From: Flectonema sp. DT1601
Taxonomy: Eukaryota
Length of the DNA stretch: 64,000 nt
Direction: 5' to 3'
NCBI GenBank assembly: GCA_964019425.1
Contig: OZ025782.1
Span: forward strand, 1,240,001-1,304,000
Shown: piece after piece, positions 61,400 through 64,000 of the stretch
How positions within the stretch are numbered: position 1 is the stretch's first letter
Layout: the number at the start of each line of letters is the position of its first letter
Translations under genes and position numbers: made by a program
Notes under the pieces: generated by a model
Databases searched by the model: none
Told to the model about the DNA's origin: nothing
What the model saw: the letters and a program-made list of their open reading frames with translations, nothing else

Positions 61400-64000
61400 T
61401 TAAATAAATCCTTCTAACTCCTCATCAGTCATTTCTATGACACTATGAAATGTGGCTGGTTTGGTACGATGAGGTTGCTTGTATCGACGATGCTTACTGT
61501 TGCTACTGCTACTGCTACTGCCATTGCTGCTGTTTTTCGACTGCCAAGGTGGAGGCAGAGGTGGTGGTCGTGGTGGTGGAAGTGGAGGTGCAGGAGGAGG
61601 AGGAGGAGGAGGAGGAGGAGGGTGAGGATCAACATTTCTAAATCCAGGTATTTTATTATAATCAATAAAAGTATCAAAATTGTCAGGAATTTTCAACGGC
61701 TTCCGAGGAACCGACCGAGGCGGTGGCGGAGGCTTCCAAATCCTCCTCTCTGGAGGAGATATGGTCGGATGGCCTACAGGCTGAGATAACTTATATTTAA
61801 ATCCTGATGTACGCTGACCTTTCTTTGGAGGAGTTCGAGAACGCACTAAAGGATTCACTTTCTCATAGACAGCTTCACTTTGTTCTGATGCATATCTAGA
61901 AAACAGTGGCTGATCTCTCTCACTTGGTTCATAGAGTAGTTTGTCTTCAGCAGGTATTTCCATTTCATTAACATCTTGAGTGTCATCAGTGTTGTCAATG
62001 TTGTCAGTGTATAAAACATTAAAAACACTATCAGGATTATGATGCTGTGCTATGAGTTCATTTTGTGGTTTTTCTTCTTCTTTTTCAGATTCAATTTGTT
62101 CATTTTGTGGATCTCTCATCCGCTCTTCCATTTTACGTTGTTGCAGTCGAAGTCTTGCTCTTGCTAGTCTTCCTCTCCAAACTGCTTGAACTAACATAGC
62201 AGTGTGATGCATAATTATGTTATTCTCTCTTAATGTTTGTACTTCACCTTTTGATTCTTCTGGGTCATCATCCTTCCCGTGGTAGTAAGCTTTTGCTAAT
62301 TGCTTTTCAAAATCTTCTCTCATCTTAGCTCCAACAGTCCTACCCGTCGTTTTTTCAAAACTGAGTAGACACAAATGAGCTAATAACTTTTCTTGAGTTA
62401 ATTTTCCTTTAACAGTTCTGGTATGCTGCATTGATGCTAAGTAATGTTTTATGATATAGTAATCTGAACAGTCTTGATAAATAGGTCCCAAAGGAGGTCC
62501 AATTCTTCTTATAAAAGCAGGTATGTCAGTAACCTGAATTAAACACGATTGAAGCGGATCAAATTCCCTCCAAACTGTGAAGAATCTGTCGGTTTCTTCA
62601 TCTGTTAAATGCTGTGCCATGACTTCGTCGGCGACGACGTCGTTGAATTTATCTAACAACACAGCAATGAATAAGTTTAGAATGACGTAAGTCTCAATAA
62701 TAACGAAGGATACGAAGTATATATAGCTAACTAAGGGATCTCCGCATTCTCCTGTCTGTCGGTTGCATTCTGGTGGTTGAACTGCGGAGTCGTGCATTAG
62801 ACCTGGCCATGCTTCACCAGTTGATATTCGTACCAGAATTAGAATAGCAGAACCGAAATTGTGAAAAGTTGCTCTATCTCGGAGCTGATCACCGTCTTTA
62901 ACCTTCGCAAACAAATTAACACCCAAAATAGCATACACAAAGAAAATAAGCAACATCACACCAGCCACGTTAACCATAGTAGGAAGAGTCAGGAATAGAG
63001 TTCTTATTAATGATGAGACTCCCTTAGCGCTGTGAACCAAACGAAGTAGTCGAAGTAGTCGCAAAGCCCTAAATACTGAAGCAGCACCACCAACTGAATT
63101 ACCACTCGCAGCATAACGAGATATGATTCCAGCTACTGAGACTATGATGATAGCGAAGTCAAATTTATTTACCGGAACTGACAGATATCCTTTAAAAGTG
63201 TAGGCTTTAATCTTTAAAATGCATTCAACAGAGAATAACAACACAAACAGATCATTTAAAATCTCAGACAGAGTTGACCACCAAGAAGGTTCCTCATGAT
63301 GCTCCGCGCTAAGTATAGCCACATTGGCAATGACAGCGATATTTATACCAACTTCAAAATATTTATTTGTGACGATCTGAGCACACCATAACTTAAACCC
63401 AGATAGGTCGTCATTCGTTCTGATAGGCGTCTTAACGTGGCGTACTAATACTTTTTGAATTGCTTCCCATCCGGGATCCTTTTCATCTTCGTCGTCGCTG
63501 TCAACTTGAGAACCTGCTAAGGATTTTTTTCGATCTCGTTTTTCTTTTAAAACCATAACACCTTGTTCTTGAAATGCATCAACCAACGCACTCACGAATA
63601 AATTTATAACAAAGAATGCTCCCAACAACACAAACGAGACGAAATACAGAGCAACTATCGGTCTGTTGTCTTTTTGAGGAGCCTCTTCACTGCTGACGCT
63701 ATCCATGCCGATGTACATGATATCGACCCAACCTTCTAAGGAACTCATCTCAAAAAGAGTAAGAAACGCGTGTAGTATGTTATCAAAATTAGTATCGAAA
63801 GCCCGCCACTCTAATTGTCCGTAGAGTTGAGTGGCGTTGCTGTGAAGACAGTCAGACTTGAATCTGAGGTTGTATGGTTCATTACTCTGTTTTGTTTTAT
63901 TGATTTTGTTATTGTCTTTAAGAAAGTAATAACATACGAAATCACCCCATTCATTCTTTGTACAGCTACTAAATGTTCCAGAGAAAAGTTGAACTCCCAA
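61400..64000 (-). CDS. voltage-gated Ca2+ (four-domain) channel alpha subunit, 5'-partial
   Basis: Pore loops FLTLFEMSSLEGWVD and RISTGEAWPGLM (both Glu), S4 FRALRLLRLLRLV, S6 LNLFIAVLLD, WREFDP EF-hand-like region, IQ-like VQAVWRG and a Pro-rich tail. Probable intron at 63887-63937. Confidence 0.92.
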   Translation of the reverse strand: MGVQLFSGTFSSCTKNEWGDFVCYYFLKDNNKINKTKQSNEPYNLRFKSDCLHSNATQLYGQLEWRAFDTNFDNILHAFLTLFEMSSLEGWVDIMYIGMDSVSSEEAPQKDNRPIVALYFVSFVLLGAFFVINLFVSALVDAFQEQGVMVLKEKRDRKKSLAGSQVDSDDEDEKDPGWEAIQKVLVRHVKTPIRTNDDLSGFKLWCAQIVTNKYFEVGINIAVIANVAILSAEHHEEPSWWSTLSEILNDLFVLLFSVECILKIKAYTFKGYLSVPVNKFDFAIIIVSVAGIISRYAASGNSVGGAASVFRALRLLRLLRLVHSAKGVSSLIRTLFLTLPTMVNVAGVMLLIFFVYAILGVNLFAKVKDGDQLRDRATFHNFGSAILILVRISTGEAWPGLMHDSAVQPPECNRQTGECGDPLVSYIYFVSFVIIETYVILNLFIAVLLDKFNDVVADEVMAQHLTDEETDRFFTVWREFDPLQSCLIQVTDIPAFIRRIGPPLGPIYQDCSDYYIIKHYLASMQHTRTVKGKLTQEKLLAHLCLLSFEKTTGRTVGAKMREDFEKQLAKAYYHGKDDDPEESKGEVQTLRENNIIMHHTAMLVQAVWRGRLARARLRLQQRKMEERMRDPQNEQIESEKEEEKPQNELIAQHHNPDSVFNVLYTDNIDNTDDTQDVNEMEIPAEDKLLYEPSERDQPLFSRYASEQSEAVYEKVNPLVRSRTPPKKGQRTSGFKYKLSQPVGHPTISPPERRIWKPPPPPRSVPRKPLKIPDNFDTFIDYNKIPGFRNVDPHPPPPPPPPPPAPPLPPPRPPPLPPPWQSKNSSNGSSSSSSNSKHRRYKQPHRTKPATFHSVIEMTDEELEGFI

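Noticed and set aside
61495..61622. Triplet repeats (GGA/GGT/GCT)
   Set aside because: They encode ordinary poly-Pro and poly-Ser tracts in the channel tail.

Overview
AT-rich eukaryotic genomic DNA. All 19 protein-coding genes I can support lie on the minus strand, head-to-tail, with homopolymer-rich spacers and only 10 short GT-AG introns. This suggests a euglenozoan polycistronic unit, probably diplonemid-like (inference). The genes are: a partial hypothetical, alanine aminotransferase, PACRG-like, cyclin-like, TBC RabGAP, PDEB-like GAF phosphodiesterase, CX5R phosphatase, PAN-domain protein, secreted LVIVD-repeat protein, C-type lectin/mucin/7TM protein, ubiquitin-like protein, zeta-toxin-like kinase, mitochondrial carrier, BSD protein, PH/coiled-coil/PDZ protein, small PDZ protein, a ~4181-aa EGF-like repeat membrane protein, GT92-PAN glycosyltransferase and the 3' part of a Cav-type channel. 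Non-genic elements include a decayed piggyBac, an unclassified 2-kb element with split terminal inverted repeats inside a G-run, and a ~36-bp dispersed element (two copies with locus-specific 12-bp flanking direct repeats, two in a tandem pair). There is also a tRNA-Ser-like relic and a compact pseudoknot candidate. The introns have A/C-rich rather than pyrimidine-rich 3' ends and cluster near gene 3' ends. All calls were made by eye with no database searches.
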